A stretch of DNA of 64,000 nucleotides, taken from the NCBI GenBank assembly GCA_951406725.2, contig OX597834.1, positions 34,100,001-34,164,000 on the forward strand. Reading direction: 5' to 3'. This stretch comes from Octopus vulgaris. Lineage: Eukaryota. The position numbers and the translations under genes are program-made. Position 1 is the stretch's first letter, and each line of letters opens with the position of its first letter. Under the pieces are notes generated by a model. It did not search any database, had not been told where the DNA came from, and saw nothing but the letters and a program-made list of their open reading frames with translations. Below are positions 38,880-53,200 of this stretch, piece by piece.

Positions 38880-41800
38880 GTGTGTGTATATATATACATG
38901 CATATAAATATACATATATGATGCTGTTGTCCTCCATCCCAGGGTCTCATGGGGCCCACACCTCCCACACCCTCAGGGATGGCACACTGAAAGGCAAGTC
39001 TGGTGAGATTGTTGAAATGCTTAAACAGAGGTGTGTAGATTTGCGCTGCATCCAAGAAGTAAGGTGGAGAGGAAGTTCTGCTAGGTTCCTCACAGGCAAA
39101 GAACATAGGTATAAGACTTTCTGGGCAGGGAACACTGGTGGGGGTCGGGGGCGTGGGTATACTTCTTGTGGAGAAATGGGTTGATAAGGTAATTGAGGTA
39201 GTCAGAGTCTGTGATAGAATACTTAAGATTAGATTAGTGCTGCAACATGAGTTAGTAACCATTATCTCGACCTATGCCCCTCAGCCGGAGCTAGCTGATG
39301 AACAGAAAGACTGATTTTATGATACCCTCTTGCAGACTACCTCGTCGACAAATGACAGGGATCTTCTCTTTGTGGATGGTGACTTCAATGGGTATGTTGG
39401 ACAACATGCAGGGGGCTTCCATGGTGTACATGGAGGCTATGGTTTTGGTTCCTGCAATGAGGAGGGAACCAGGCTGCTGGACTTCTATGATGCAAATGAT
39501 CTTATGGTTTGTAATACTAACTTCAGGAAACTTGCCAGTCACCTAGTCACTGTTCTGGTGGACACATTAGTCAAATTGACTACATCCTTGCCAGGAAATG
39601 GGAAAGTAGGCTACTTATAAATGCCAAAATCTTCCCAGGTGAAGAATGCACCCCACAACATAGATTAGTAGTTAGCAACTTAAGGATCAGGGTTAAATGG
39701 ATGCCCAGAAGACAACCAGCCTGAAGAAGAAGGGTCTGGAAGTTTAAGGATCCTGTGAATGGACAGAGATTTTGAGATATATTACTTGAAGCTTTTGACA
39801 AAATAGAGGGGGATATAGCATCACATGATGTAGAAGACAACTGGAGGTTTCTATGCAACAACCTGTTGAGGGCTACTGAACAGATCTGTGGATGGTGCAA
39901 AGTCCCCTCTCGACCCAAGGTAACATGGTGATGGAACAATGTAGTTGACAGGGCCATTAGGGAAAAGAAACAGGCTTGGAGGGACTGGAAGAACTCCTGA
40001 TAAATACAACACACTTATACACACATATGGTTGCTCACACACACCACAAGGACAATTAAAACAACACACACACTCACGTACACACATATAACATCCCCAC
40101 CAACACAAAACATACAAGCATACACACGCACACACACATACATATGCACCCTTACACACACCACAAGGACAATTAAAACAACACATACTCAGACAGAGAC
40201 ACACACACATAACATCCCCACCAACACAAAACACACAAACATACATGCGCACACACAGACACACATGCGAACAAACACATATACACACACACAACACCTT
40301 GACAAATACCAATCACACACATACACAACACCAGGACAATTATAACACAAACATACTCAGAGAGACACACACACACACTCATGTACATACGCATAACATC
40401 CCCATCAACACAAAACACACAAACATACACACGCACCCATACATACATGCAAACAAACACATACTCATGTGCACACACAACACCCTAAAAAATATTAATC
40501 ACACACAAACGTGCACACATATACATACACCATCCTACCAAATATAAAACATACACAGACTCATTTACACACGCCACAATAAACCCTAGCCCATACACAC
40601 AAACACATGTATATACACACACACATTGAGACGTGCAGAGACACACACACTCACACCATTCTGACCTCTAAGACCGGTCCCAAAAACCACTGGACCATGA
40701 CAGACTAGCCCAGAAACATTGCTCTTCCTTCCCCCACCAACCTCCCACACTGTCCCTTAAAATAGCAAACAATCCTTAGCTACACACAAAATAAAAAATG
40801 CCAGAAAGGCAGGTTGGTTCCTCTTGAATTCTTTTTAAACTCTTAAATATATCTCCTTCTGTGTATATATATACTACCAAACAAACATGATTTTTATTGA
40901 ACTCCTAATACTTTTTGTTGAATATTTTCTTAAATACTTTCTTGTAAACTGTTTTTAAAATTCTCTTATTATTAAAAAAGAATGCACATTTGTATTTTAA
41001 TACTTTTGTGACAACCAGTACCTAACACAACAAAGCTTATACAAAGCTTTACATTTTACTTTTGACAATCATTTTCTAAAAAAGTGAAACCGGTCAAGTG
41101 AATAAGCATCTTTAAAATTGCATTTTCAAACCTTCTTTCATATGTACATATATATACATAAATAAATATATATGCATAAATAAATATATATATAAATAAA
41201 TATAAATATAAATAAATATATAAATATATATTGACATGATTATGGAAATTGTAGTTGTGACTGATGTCAGTTCTGCCTGACTGGCTCCCGTGCTGGTGGC
41301 ATGCAATAAGCACCAGTCAGGTGTGGGTTGTTGCCAGTGCCACCTGACTGGCTCCTTGTGTCAGTGACATGTAAAAAGCTGGTAGCACGCAAAAAGCACA
41401 ATCCGAACGTGGCTGATGCCAGTGCCGCCTGACTGACTATCATGCCTTTGGCACGTAAATAGCACCCACTACACTTGCAGAGTGGGACTGAACCCGGAAA
41501 TATGTGGTGTGGAATCAAGCTTCTTACCACACAGCCATTATATATATATAAAACTATAAATTAGGGTACCTGAGAGATACCACCATATTGAAATAGCAGT
41601 CAAAACCCTGACCCTAAAACCACAAGGTGGCTTTAGGGTCAGTATGGTGGTATCTCTCAGATACCCTAATTTATAGTTTTAAATAATTATTACCTTTGTA
41701 TGGTATTTATTCCCATGCTGGCTACTTGATAAGATCGATATTTAAATATTGATATTATCCTTATTTATATATATATATATAAAATGTATGTATGTATGTA

Positions 41801-43488
41801 AAATGCCAATTATCTTTTGAAGAGTTGAGACATGTTACAAAATCGGTCGCAATAAAAGAAACAGGTGTTTATTTCATGAGTTAAAACGCAAAATGAGAAA
41901 TGAGAAAACTAATTAGACTAGATTAAACGTCAATTTTAATATTCTACATTCCCAGTTCAAATCATATGAGATATTTTAAGACAAGATCAACAGAATTTGT
42001 GATTATTTTTTTTTAACCTATGATTATTATATCCAATGATTAAAACACAGAAACTTGGAAAAAGTTTTTTTTTCTTTTGCTTTAACAAATTAAAACTTTT
42101 AAAAGGTGTGAAAAGGAGGTCAGTTACTGTGCAATTTTATCATGTATGACTGAGTGTTGGCCAGAACTTTGTAGAAGACAAGGAGTATATAGCCGACATT
42201 GAAACAGAAAGAAGAAAAAGCGAGAAAAAAAAAGCACATAGATGAATTTACAAATAAACAAAAAAAGTGATTGATAATTAGTTAAAAAAAAAAGTCTTGA
42301 AATGCATTTGTGAATAACCTGATAATTATTTCTGCAAATTACTGAGAAAGAGAAAATAAAAATAAATAAATAAATTATTTGGAAACATCTGGAAAAATAG
42401 TCAAATATTAATGGTAGGATTAGTAGTAGTAGTAAGAGTAGTAGTAGTAGCAGTAGTAGTATGTGGTAATGAGAATGATAATATAAACAAAAAAAATCAA
42501 TGTTAATCTAATGAAGGAAAATTGCTAGTCATTAAATCTGTTAATAGAAATTAAAAAATAAAAGAAAACAGAAAGAGAAAGAAAGCAAAAAACACAAACT
42601 AGAAATAATTTTTATTCAATCTAATTTATACTAAAAGTACATTAATATCAAAATTTACATACTCCCCTCCACACACACACACTTGTCTATGTCTGCGTGT
42701 AAATAAAATGGACAAATTTTTTTTGGTTAAAAAAATATGCCTTTCTTTGGTAAAGAAATGGTGTGCAATCAATTAATTGCTATTATAACCACTGATGCTT
42801 AATTTACTGACTGTTCCCTACGTGTACCAACTGACTTGAGGCACAAAATTGGATACTATAAAGTAGATAGGTGATTTTCCCAATCGTTCACTCAATAATG
42901 AAAAAGACAAAAAACCCAGTAAATGACTAATAGTATTCTTCTTTTCCCTAGCAAGCATGGGAGACAACTCTGAACATGTTTTGGCATTAACCTGACATCT
43001 TCAGCAAAGAACATATTTCCTTGTACTTGCTGAATAAATAATGGTTTACTCATCTTTATCGTGGCTGAATGCATTCTCACCTCAGAGTTAATCATTTAGG
43101 AGAGAGGGAAGGCTACTGTTTTTCAGGTATTAATTTTCCACAAGGGAAGTGAAACAACTTCAAATCCTAATCAAAATACATATTGCCAGGAGCTGACAAC
43201 TCCTTCAACGACATCTCACCCAGAAGTGAATAACATCGCCGATGCAGCAGTCATGGGGTTCCAGGTTTGATCCCAGTGCATGGCACCTTGGAAATGTGTC
43301 ATCTACTACCATAGCCTTGGGTCAATTCAGGCCTTGTGAGTGGAACTTGGGAAACAGAAGAACAGCGTAAAATCCAGTTAGATGGAAAGCATTTGTATGT
43401 CCAGCTGTGTCAAAATTTGCATGAGATTTACATTAAGGGTACAACAATTATCTGTACCTGTACTCTTAATCTAATCCTCAGCCGCTTT

Positions 43489-43523
<35 letters not shown>

Positions 43524-46193
43524 TTCAGTATGTATAGTGTGTGTGTGTGAGTATTCAAATATTGGGTTAAAAGCAGTTCTATAATGTAAACATTATCAAT
43601 GTCACATGCTTTTCGTCTTTAAAGGGACCTTCCTTGGACAAAGTACTGCAGCCTAAAAACATTTAACAGCACATACATTCACTATATGATACAGGTATCA
43701 TCATACATATCTCATCATATACATATTTATATACACACTCATAGGTACAGTCTATATACATATATACATGATAAATTGTGTGTGTGTGTATATGTATATA
43801 CATATATATGTGTGTGCAGGTATGGCTGTGTAGTAAGAAGCTTGCTTCTCAACTGCATGGTTCCAGGTTCAGTCCCACTGCATGGCACCTTGAGCAAGTA
43901 TCTTCTACTATAGCCTTGAGCTGACCAAAGCCTTGTGAGCAGATTTGGTAGAAAGAAGCCTGTTGAGTATATATTATGTATATATCTATGTGGGTGTGTG
44001 TCTTTGTGTCTGTATTTGTAACCACCACCACTTAACAACCAGTGTTGGTGTATTCACATCCCCGTAACTTAGCGGTTCGGCAAAAGAGACCAATAGAATA
44101 AGTGCTAGGCTTAAAATAAGTCCTGGGGTTGATTTGTTCAATTAAAATTCTTCAAGGTAGTAGCCCGACATGGCTGCAGTCAAATGACTGAAACAATATA
44201 TATATATATATTTATATGTACATATATTGCTCATCATGTGTATATGTATATAGACTGTACCTCAACTCAAAGGGTCAGCCTCAAACACTGAGTCTGCCTG
44301 TGAATTATATTAAAGGCACAACTGTTGTATTTGTGGAATATTCAACCACATGCACTTGTCATTCTAATATTTTGGAAGAGTCATTCTTCAGAGAAATAAC
44401 GGAAGCAAATAAATGAAACTGTTTTCTGACAACACTGAATAAATTTAAGATTTATATAAAAAAAATGTTTTCCATGAAACCTCAACAAGAACAGCAACAA
44501 ATAAAGCAAGAAAAACACACAAAAAAAGGACCTCGTGGGGCTTTTGAGAAAAAAAAAGATGGCTAAAAAGAATTTCACCAATTTTTGGAAGAATCAAGCT
44601 GTTGACATGTGGAAAGCAAAGGTAATTCTTGTGAACACTGTTTTAAGAAGAGAAATAAACAGAGCACAGTAAAGGTTTAGTAATTCTTACCATTATTACA
44701 ATTTACAAAGAAACATTATTAACCCTTTTGTTACCACCTTTCTGTTGCAATAAACTGCTTTTGTTTCAATTAATTTTGAAGTGCAGGGCTTAGCGGTCAG
44801 GGTATTGAATTCATGATTGTAAGATTGTGGTTTTGATTCTTGGACTGGACAGTGTGTGTTCTTGAGCAGAACACTTCATTTCATGTTGCTCCAGTCCACT
44901 CAGCTGATAAAAATCTCATTTAATCCCGTGACAGGAAACCAGACCTATGAGTCTATAGAACTCTGGAAAGATCCAGTTTTGAAAATAATGAAGAGGTTAC
45001 TTAAATAACTCTGTCATTATTAAGCTGGGCTTTGTTTGAAGGAAGGTTTTAATTTACATCCCTTTAAAACAGGAACTTTGTATCACTCAACTAGGAGCAA
45101 TCTCAGGTGGGTTGGTATTTCTGTTGCAATAAACTATTTTTGCTGCAATTTATTTTGAAAATATTGAGAAATTTAGCAAAATAAGTTTGTCATTATTTAG
45201 TTGGTGTTTGGAACATAAATTAACACAAGATTTTGATGGAAGGTTTTAATTTAGATCACTTTAAGCCTTTTCTTACCATATTTCTGTGGAAATATATTGC
45301 CTTTGCTTAATTAATTCATTTTGAAAATATTGAAGAATTTCATAAAATAACTTTGTCGTTATTGAGCTGCTGTTTGGGACGTAAAATAATATAAAATTTT
45401 GCAGAGTGTTTTTACTTTGGATCGTTTTAAAATGGGAAGTTTGTATCGTTAAACAAAGGGTGGTTTCATGCAGGTTGGTAGCAAAAGGGTTAAAAGACTG
45501 AAACCTTGCCCCACCCACAAATTCTAATAAATCATAAAGAAAATAGAGAAAACATACACACACAGAGACAGATTAACAGAAATCACAAAATAACATGAGT
45601 AAGATTATGAGGCTAAAAGGAGAAAGCACATGAGATTAAAAAGTGTAGAAATACAAAGTGAAAAAGCAACAATCAAATAAGTGTACAACAAAGATAAATA
45701 TTCCAGAGGAAGAAAGAGAAGTAAAATGCTTCAGGTGATACACTTTATAAAAGTGAAGATAAAGGAATAAGAGAGGAAAGATGTAAGAAAAAATATACAA
45801 TACCGAATTTAAGATGTCTGTTTACATGGCAAGTCTGAGACAGTGTGCAGATGTGTATATACATATCTTTTTATTAATTTTTCGTCATTGGACTATGCTC
45901 CCACTACACCATTTTAATGAAATTTATTTACAGCTTGGTTGAAGGAGATGTTGAAAATTAAGTGTTACACAACAATGCAGACCATGTCTGAGTCAATGAT
46001 ACTCAAGTAAGTATTCGGTTGGGTTCGGTTTTGCTTATTTATGTATTATTTTTTTTATGTGTTTGTCAGTTTTAGAATGGAACCACCTTAGACCAGTTAC
46101 CATGTACTGTGTTGTTGTTTAGCAGCATGTTAGTCTTGATACTTCTGATCGAGCAGACCCTTGTAGATCCAAAAATTCATTGCACAACGCATC

Positions 46194-46239
<46 letters not shown>

Positions 46240-49200
46240 AAAAGATAGTATGGAGTGATTTGAGGAAGAGATTTAGTACCTATTTCTAACTGCTTGAGTG
46301 ACTGCTAGAGTCTATCTTTGTCTCTTTCTGTCTCGTTGGCTCAGGCTATCACATACTGAACAACTGACACATCTCAACCCTGGACAGGACACCATACTTT
46401 TTACAGTATTTAGTTACTCGAAGATTTCAACAAATTCAGCACCACCATCACCATTTTCTATCTACTCTTTATGCTGGCATGGGTGACCCTGCAATGGACT
46501 GGTGCTGCTCAAGGAGTGTTGTGATCTTGGTCACTGACATAGCATAGAAATCTAGTAATTAGTGTGATGAGTTCTAGGACTTGGGACAGTAATATCCAGG
46601 GTTTACCAAACAGGACCAGAGAGAGGGAGAGACAGACAGAGAGTAACTAACTAAGAAAGAGAGCAAGCTGAGGTACGTGTACCAGAAATGCAATCCAATA
46701 AAGCACAGTGTGTGCAGCTAACTGTCATATTTGTGTAAATTTTCAATAACTTTTGTTTAAGAAAAAACTTCATAACTAATTTCTGAAAATATAGCTATTT
46801 GTTTTATTAACATTTTTCTTTTTTACAAATTTTGTATAAATTTGAAATTGTTTAGAATAACAGAAAAGAAAAAACACAGGGAAAAAACAAAGTAAAAAAC
46901 ATAAATGCTGCAGTTTATGAAGGATAAAAGGGATAAAAAAATGATTGATATAAGTATTAAAGTCAGTTGTTATTTGGGAATCAACACAAAAGAGAGAATA
47001 CAGAAAATTTACACAATGAAATGTATTTCAGTGAATTCAGGCAATCAGATTTGAGGGGGAAATCCTTAATGCCCCAAATTAGAACATAAATAGCTGCCTT
47101 CTTGGTTATGTTTGTGTGGTTTGGATATCACACTGTAGACTTACAGTAAGGGCTCTTGGGGGATAAAAAAAAAAAGAATTCTTGTCGATGTTGCCAAGAG
47201 AAATCTCTCTTGTAACCTTGCAATAATGTGATATCACAGGCTTGCATATCACACTTTGCATGGATGAGATATCACATAACTTCTTACAGATGGCATATCA
47301 CCAATGTCACATTCTTCCTCCTTCACATCAGTTTATATCCGTTTTCCATGCTGGTATGGGTTAAATGGTTTGGCAGGACCTGGCAAGCTGGAGAGCTGCA
47401 CCAGTCTCCAAACTGTCTGTTTTGGCATGGCTTTTACAGCTGGATGCCCTTTTTAAAATTCTGAAATGATTAACATGTCTAGCAAGCAGATATCCAGTAC
47501 TGATGACAAGACCCAGAAACCATGGTCTACTGGTCCTGTCAAGCTGGAGGGGGACTGACTCACTCCCTTATTATTATCATATAGAATCCTTGCCAATGAG
47601 ACATTATAGCCATTATTATAGTTTCAATGCCTACTTTTCCATACTTGCATGGATCATTAAGGCAGATTTTCTATGGCCAGATGCCCTTCCTGTCACTAAC
47701 CCTCGTCTCTTTCCAAGTAAAGTAATATTTCCCCATCGCCAGACGTGTTTTTGCAGCATATTTAAAACACCGCTTGTATGACAGTGACACTCATTTACAA
47801 TTATCACACAATGTCAAGACAAGGAAACATAAACTTACACACACACAATGAGCTTCGTTCAGTTTCCACCTGCCAATTCCATTAACAAGGCTTTGGTTGA
47901 GCCAGGGTTTTAGTAGAAAACACTTGCCCAAGGTGCCATGCAGTAGAACTGAACCAGAAACCATGTGGTTGGGAAGCAAACTTCTTAGCCACATCTGCAT
48001 CTATGGGATAGCTATATCTTGAACAAATGAGATGCTACTGATGTGATATCCAACAATCATATATCAATGAGCTATCACAATTTTGTATATCATCCTAATG
48101 AGATACTTAACTTCGGGAGATAAAACTTCATAATGATGAATCATGACCTTGTACCGATCAGACATGGCGGAACCTCATGCATTGTATGAAAAGGATATCA
48201 TATAGTCACATAACAATGATACATAAAATAGTCCCATACCAATGTGATATTACATGGCTTTGTACCAATAGCCCCAAACCAATGAAACAACACAAAATCT
48301 TCTTTCAGTAAGATATCACACAACTTCATATATCATAGAGATATCACATAACTCCATACCAATGAAATATTACATAGATTCACACCAATGAAATATCACA
48401 TAGCCCTGTACCAATGGGAAATCACATAGCGATATCACATTGCTTCATACTAACTGAGATATCACACTGCTTCACACCAATGAGATATCACACTGCCTGC
48501 CTCATGCCAAACAGATATCTCATAGTCTTATACCAAAGACTTATCAGAAAACTTTATACAATGAGATATCACATACATCATACTAATAGGATGCCATTAA
48601 GCTACTTACCATAGCCTTTGATAATAAAAATTAATTTTTCCAATAAGGAACCATAAATTCAATAAACTCTCTATTTTCTTCATTTGCCTCAAGGGAAACA
48701 ATGATATCAGTAAAAGTGACTTCTGACATAGGTACAAAACGTATGTGGCAAAGAGAGGGAGAGGGGAATAGTTGATGAGATTATCCCCTCCACCACCACC
48801 ATTGAGTGTATGACTGATACTTTATTTTAAAAAACCTTGAATAATGGAAAAAATTTTTAAAAACTCTCGGAGGGATTTGAACTGAGAATGTAGATAGATC
48901 TGACTCTCAATATTAGCAAAAGGTGAAGAACTTGCAGTTATTTGGAATTATAGGTGATTGGACTGATTCCAATACATAACCTATCTTGAGGTCTATCTGA
49001 CAGATCCCAATCATCTGCTAGAGATAGATTTTATCTATCCCTGAAAGATGGGGTAAAGTTGATGCTCCCTTATACAAAGTGAACTTTGAATTTAAAGAAA
49101 CAAAATTTCAAAGTTATAAGGGACATACTCCAGTGTTTTAACCAGAAGCTGTAGAGCCAGAGTCAAAAACAATTAAGAGGTAGTTGAAGTTGGAGTCAGA

Positions 49201-50218
49201 GTCAGTATAGTTTTACTGACTCTGACTCACAATGTCTTTATTCTTGAACATAAACCAATTATAACATACAGGTTGACTCAAGGTACAAGAGTATTCTTTA
49301 TAAGTTATGTAGACCACAATCACTTAATTACATACACAGGAGTCAGAGTCGGAGATGCTAATAGTAGAGGAGCCAGAGTCGAAGTTTCTTGTTTTGACTC
49401 TACAGCCCTAGTTTTAACAATGTAGTAAGGGACATTCAGTCTAGCACCTTAATAGGAAATATCAAGCAAGTGTTATACCAAGATCTACAATGTAAAGAAC
49501 CATCCAGTAATACATCTGGGAGTAGAATTTTTCTTACCATATTCTTCAGCTAATTGCAATTCATATAAAACTGCTAGAACTGATTTTCCCTTAGCAAATA
49601 AGGACTCATGATCATCACCATCATTTTATGTCTACTCAGAGTTTATTGAAGCAAATTTTCTACGAATGGATGCCCTTCCTGTCACCAACCCTCACCTGTT
49701 TCCAAAGAGGCTGATATCTCTCCCATGACTGGACATTTTCACAGAATATTGCCAATAAATGACATTCACTTACAACCATCATGTCCCAATGTCAAGTCAA
49801 AGAGACACAAGTACTGACACACTCCCATTCACACACGCACACATATATACACAACAGGCTTCTCTCAGTTTCCGTTATCAAATCCACTTACAAGGCATTT
49901 GTCAACCCAAGGATATAATAACAGACAGTTGCTCAAAGTGTCAGACAGTGAGTTGGAAAGCAAACTTTTTAATCATGCATGCAGAACAGATCATGGTCTT
50001 TACTCTTTTTCTCTTTTACTTATTTCAGTCATTTGACTGCGGCCATGCTGGAGCACCACCTTTAGTCGAGCAAATCGACTCCAGGACTTATTCTTTGTAA
50101 GCCTAGTACTTATTCTATCGGTCTCTTTTGCCGAACCGCTAAGTTACGGAGACGTAAACACACCAGCATCGTTTGTCAAGCGATGTTGGGGGGGACAAAT
50201 ACAGACTCACAAACATAT

Positions 50219-50263
<45 letters not shown>

Positions 50264-53200
50264 TACGACGGGCTTCTTTCAGTTTCCATCTACCAAATCC
50301 ATTCACAAGGCTTTGGTCGGCCCGAGGCTATAGTAGAACCCGGAACCATGTGGTTGGTAAGGAAGCTACTTACCACACAGCCACTCCTGCGCCTATGCAC
50401 AGAGAAATAAAAAATAAGTGTTTTAAATGACCTATAGAATAAAATATGATAATAAGGAGAAAAACATAAAATAGAACTGCTGCATGTATTTTACTTTTAG
50501 AAAGAAAATGGAATTATCATGTTTTTTTTTTTGCTTTTTTAAATATTAAAAAAAAAATGTTTAACAGGTTAAAAGTTTCATTCAGTTTTCAATAATTTAA
50601 ATATTCAAATTTGAAGTATCCTGCTTGTTTTTCCAGGATACTTCAAATGTTGAAGTGATATTTCTGTATCAGAGATGAAAGCTCTTTGAATTTTGTATTC
50701 TTACAACACCAAAAATCTTGCTCCTTGCATTCGCCTTTCGTCCTTAAAAGCCAAACAGCAGCGAATTGGCCACATTCCATCACGTATGCATCATCAGTCA
50801 AGGACACAGCTGACATTACAAGGTAGATGGAGGGGTAAAGCAAGCAGACTTCCTCTAAGTGATGTGTCTAACTCACCTCAGACCGAACCGAGAACTTGTT
50901 GCTGCTGTAAGACAACGCTTCCATGTTGACTGAAGAAGCAGCTTCACGAGAAACTTTGCGGCGTTTCTTTTTCTTCAGATCAATGTCTATCAGTTCGGCA
51001 TTTTCCGTTTGAGATACAGATTGCGACAAAACACTGCCAAGGAACTCGGATACCTCATCCTGAAAATAAATAAGTTTTGTTATCTTTCCCTGTAATCCAT
51101 TGTTTTTATGGGTGAGGCTACGAATATGTATGGCTGGGGACAACTGCATAAAGTGCCGACCTCTAATTGTGGAAGGGGTAGACCCAAGAAGACGTGGGAT
51201 GAATGGTGAGAAAGGATCTTCAGATGCCAGGCCTCATTAAGAAAATGGCTAGTAGATACATAGGCAAAATTCAAACCATGTACTTGTTATTTGCTGAGGC
51301 AGGCAAAATCTGAGCAAGCTCAACAAGATGAAGCTAGCAGTATTGATGGTGGGGGGAAGGGGAGAACTGGTTAATAGTCTTATTATAAAGCGACAGTTTG
51401 AGATAGGAAATGGTCAGTAAACATGTAAGCAAAGTAATGGATGTATTAGATAACGTAATGTGCTAGACGCAGTTTATCTGAATTCAAGATTGAAGATCAG
51501 GAGTCTGCTACTGAAATGGTTGACCCTGGCCAAAGCAATTCTTGCCCAGACCATCACACAATAAACCACTGCATACCAGAGTGAGCAGTATGGTCCCATA
51601 CTCAGCTGAGGTACAATAGATCTGGGTTACTGGACCTTTAAATGTGACCTACAAGGGCAATTAAACAATGCAAATGCTATAGGTCAGCAGAGCTAGACTT
51701 GACCTAGGGCTGATGAAGGAGAACAACATCAACAAGGAGGAGGAAGACGAAGAGAAAAAGAAGCAACAGCAATCATCAGAGGAGCATACTTACCAAAATG
51801 TACCTATCAACTGTGCACTGTGTGATTCCTTCTTGCTTCTTTTTGGCCCTTGAAACCCGTAAATTGTCATCTGCCCCGCCAATAACCACCAGACTGTTCT
51901 CAGCTTTCATCTTTTCTCGAAGATCTTCAATGCCATCGATATCACAAGAATTGCTATGTTGACCGATTACAAAGAGTGTTGATGTCTTGCTTTCTAAGAG
52001 TGGATCTTCAACATCCTGAAAAAAACCGAGAAAACATGATCAACAACAATAATTTTTTTTTTTAATTTTGACACAAAGCAACAATTTGAGATGGGTGGAG
52101 GGGGCAAGCCATTTGCATCAGCCTGGTGTTAAACTGGTACTTGTTTTATCTGTCCCAAGAAGATAAAACACAAAGTCGACCTCTGTGGCATTTGAACTCA
52201 GAACATAAAGCGGGGAGTTTCATCTTCCTTGTGGTACCAGAAAAAATGCCATTAAGCATTTAGTCCAATGCACGAATGATTCTGCCTGCTTAATGGTTTC
52301 TAATTTTGGCAGAAGGTTAGCAATCTTAAGGGAGGTGGCCATTGATTCCATTGACCCTAGTGTTCAACATGTATGTATGTTATCAACTCCAGAAAGATAA
52401 AAGGTAAAGTGACCACAATGGAATTTGAACCCATAATGTAAAGATCTGGAAGAAATGCTGCAAAGCATTTTGCATGACACGCTAACAACTGTACCAGCTC
52501 ACCTAGGTTGCAGGAGGGAAAGGCATAAAAGAGGGGACAGAATAACAGTGATATCCCCGTTCAGATCAATCACTAATATGTTGGAAAGGAAAGGACACAG
52601 AGGATAAAGTGGTCTTAATTAGAATATGTCTGAAATGTAAGATTCAAGTTTAATTGATGGAGCAAATTGATTTATAGGTCTGCCAGTTTAGATTTGACCT
52701 GGGGTTAAACAACTACATATATCATATATCATCGAGCTGGCAGAAACGTTAGCACGCCGGGCGAAATGCGTAGCCGTATCTCGTCTGTCGTTACATTCTG
52801 AGTTCAAATTCCGCCGAGGTCGACTTTGCCTTTCATCCTTTCGGGGTCGATAAATAAAGTACCAGTCTCGCACTGGGGTCAATGTAATCGACTTAATCAC
52901 TTTGTCTGTCCTTGTTAATCCCCTCTATGTTTAGCCCCTTGTGGGCAGTAAAGAAATATATATTATATATCATCATGATCAATGTTTATATGTCTACCTT
53001 TCTACATTTGAATGGGTCAAATAAGAGCATGTTGGGTCAGAGTTTCTATGGCCAGATACCCTTCCTGTTGTCAACCTTATCATTTAAACAAGGAGTAACA
53101 ATCTCCAAGTTTAACAAAAAAAAACAAAAAAAAAACAGCCTAAACAGATTTTATGCAGAGATACAAAGATCATGCCACATGTTAAGAAGCCTTGACATGC

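Noticed and set aside
50668-50800. Possible intronic C/D snoRNA on the minus strand (CUGAUGA ... CUGA)
   Set aside because: Box C lacks the leading purine, there is no clear terminal stem, and the putative guide only loosely resembles an rRNA complement.
37666-50876. Additional KANSL3 coding exons in the 13-kb intron
   Set aside because: None found by eye, and the flanking exons already join in phase 0. Small alternative exons cannot be excluded.
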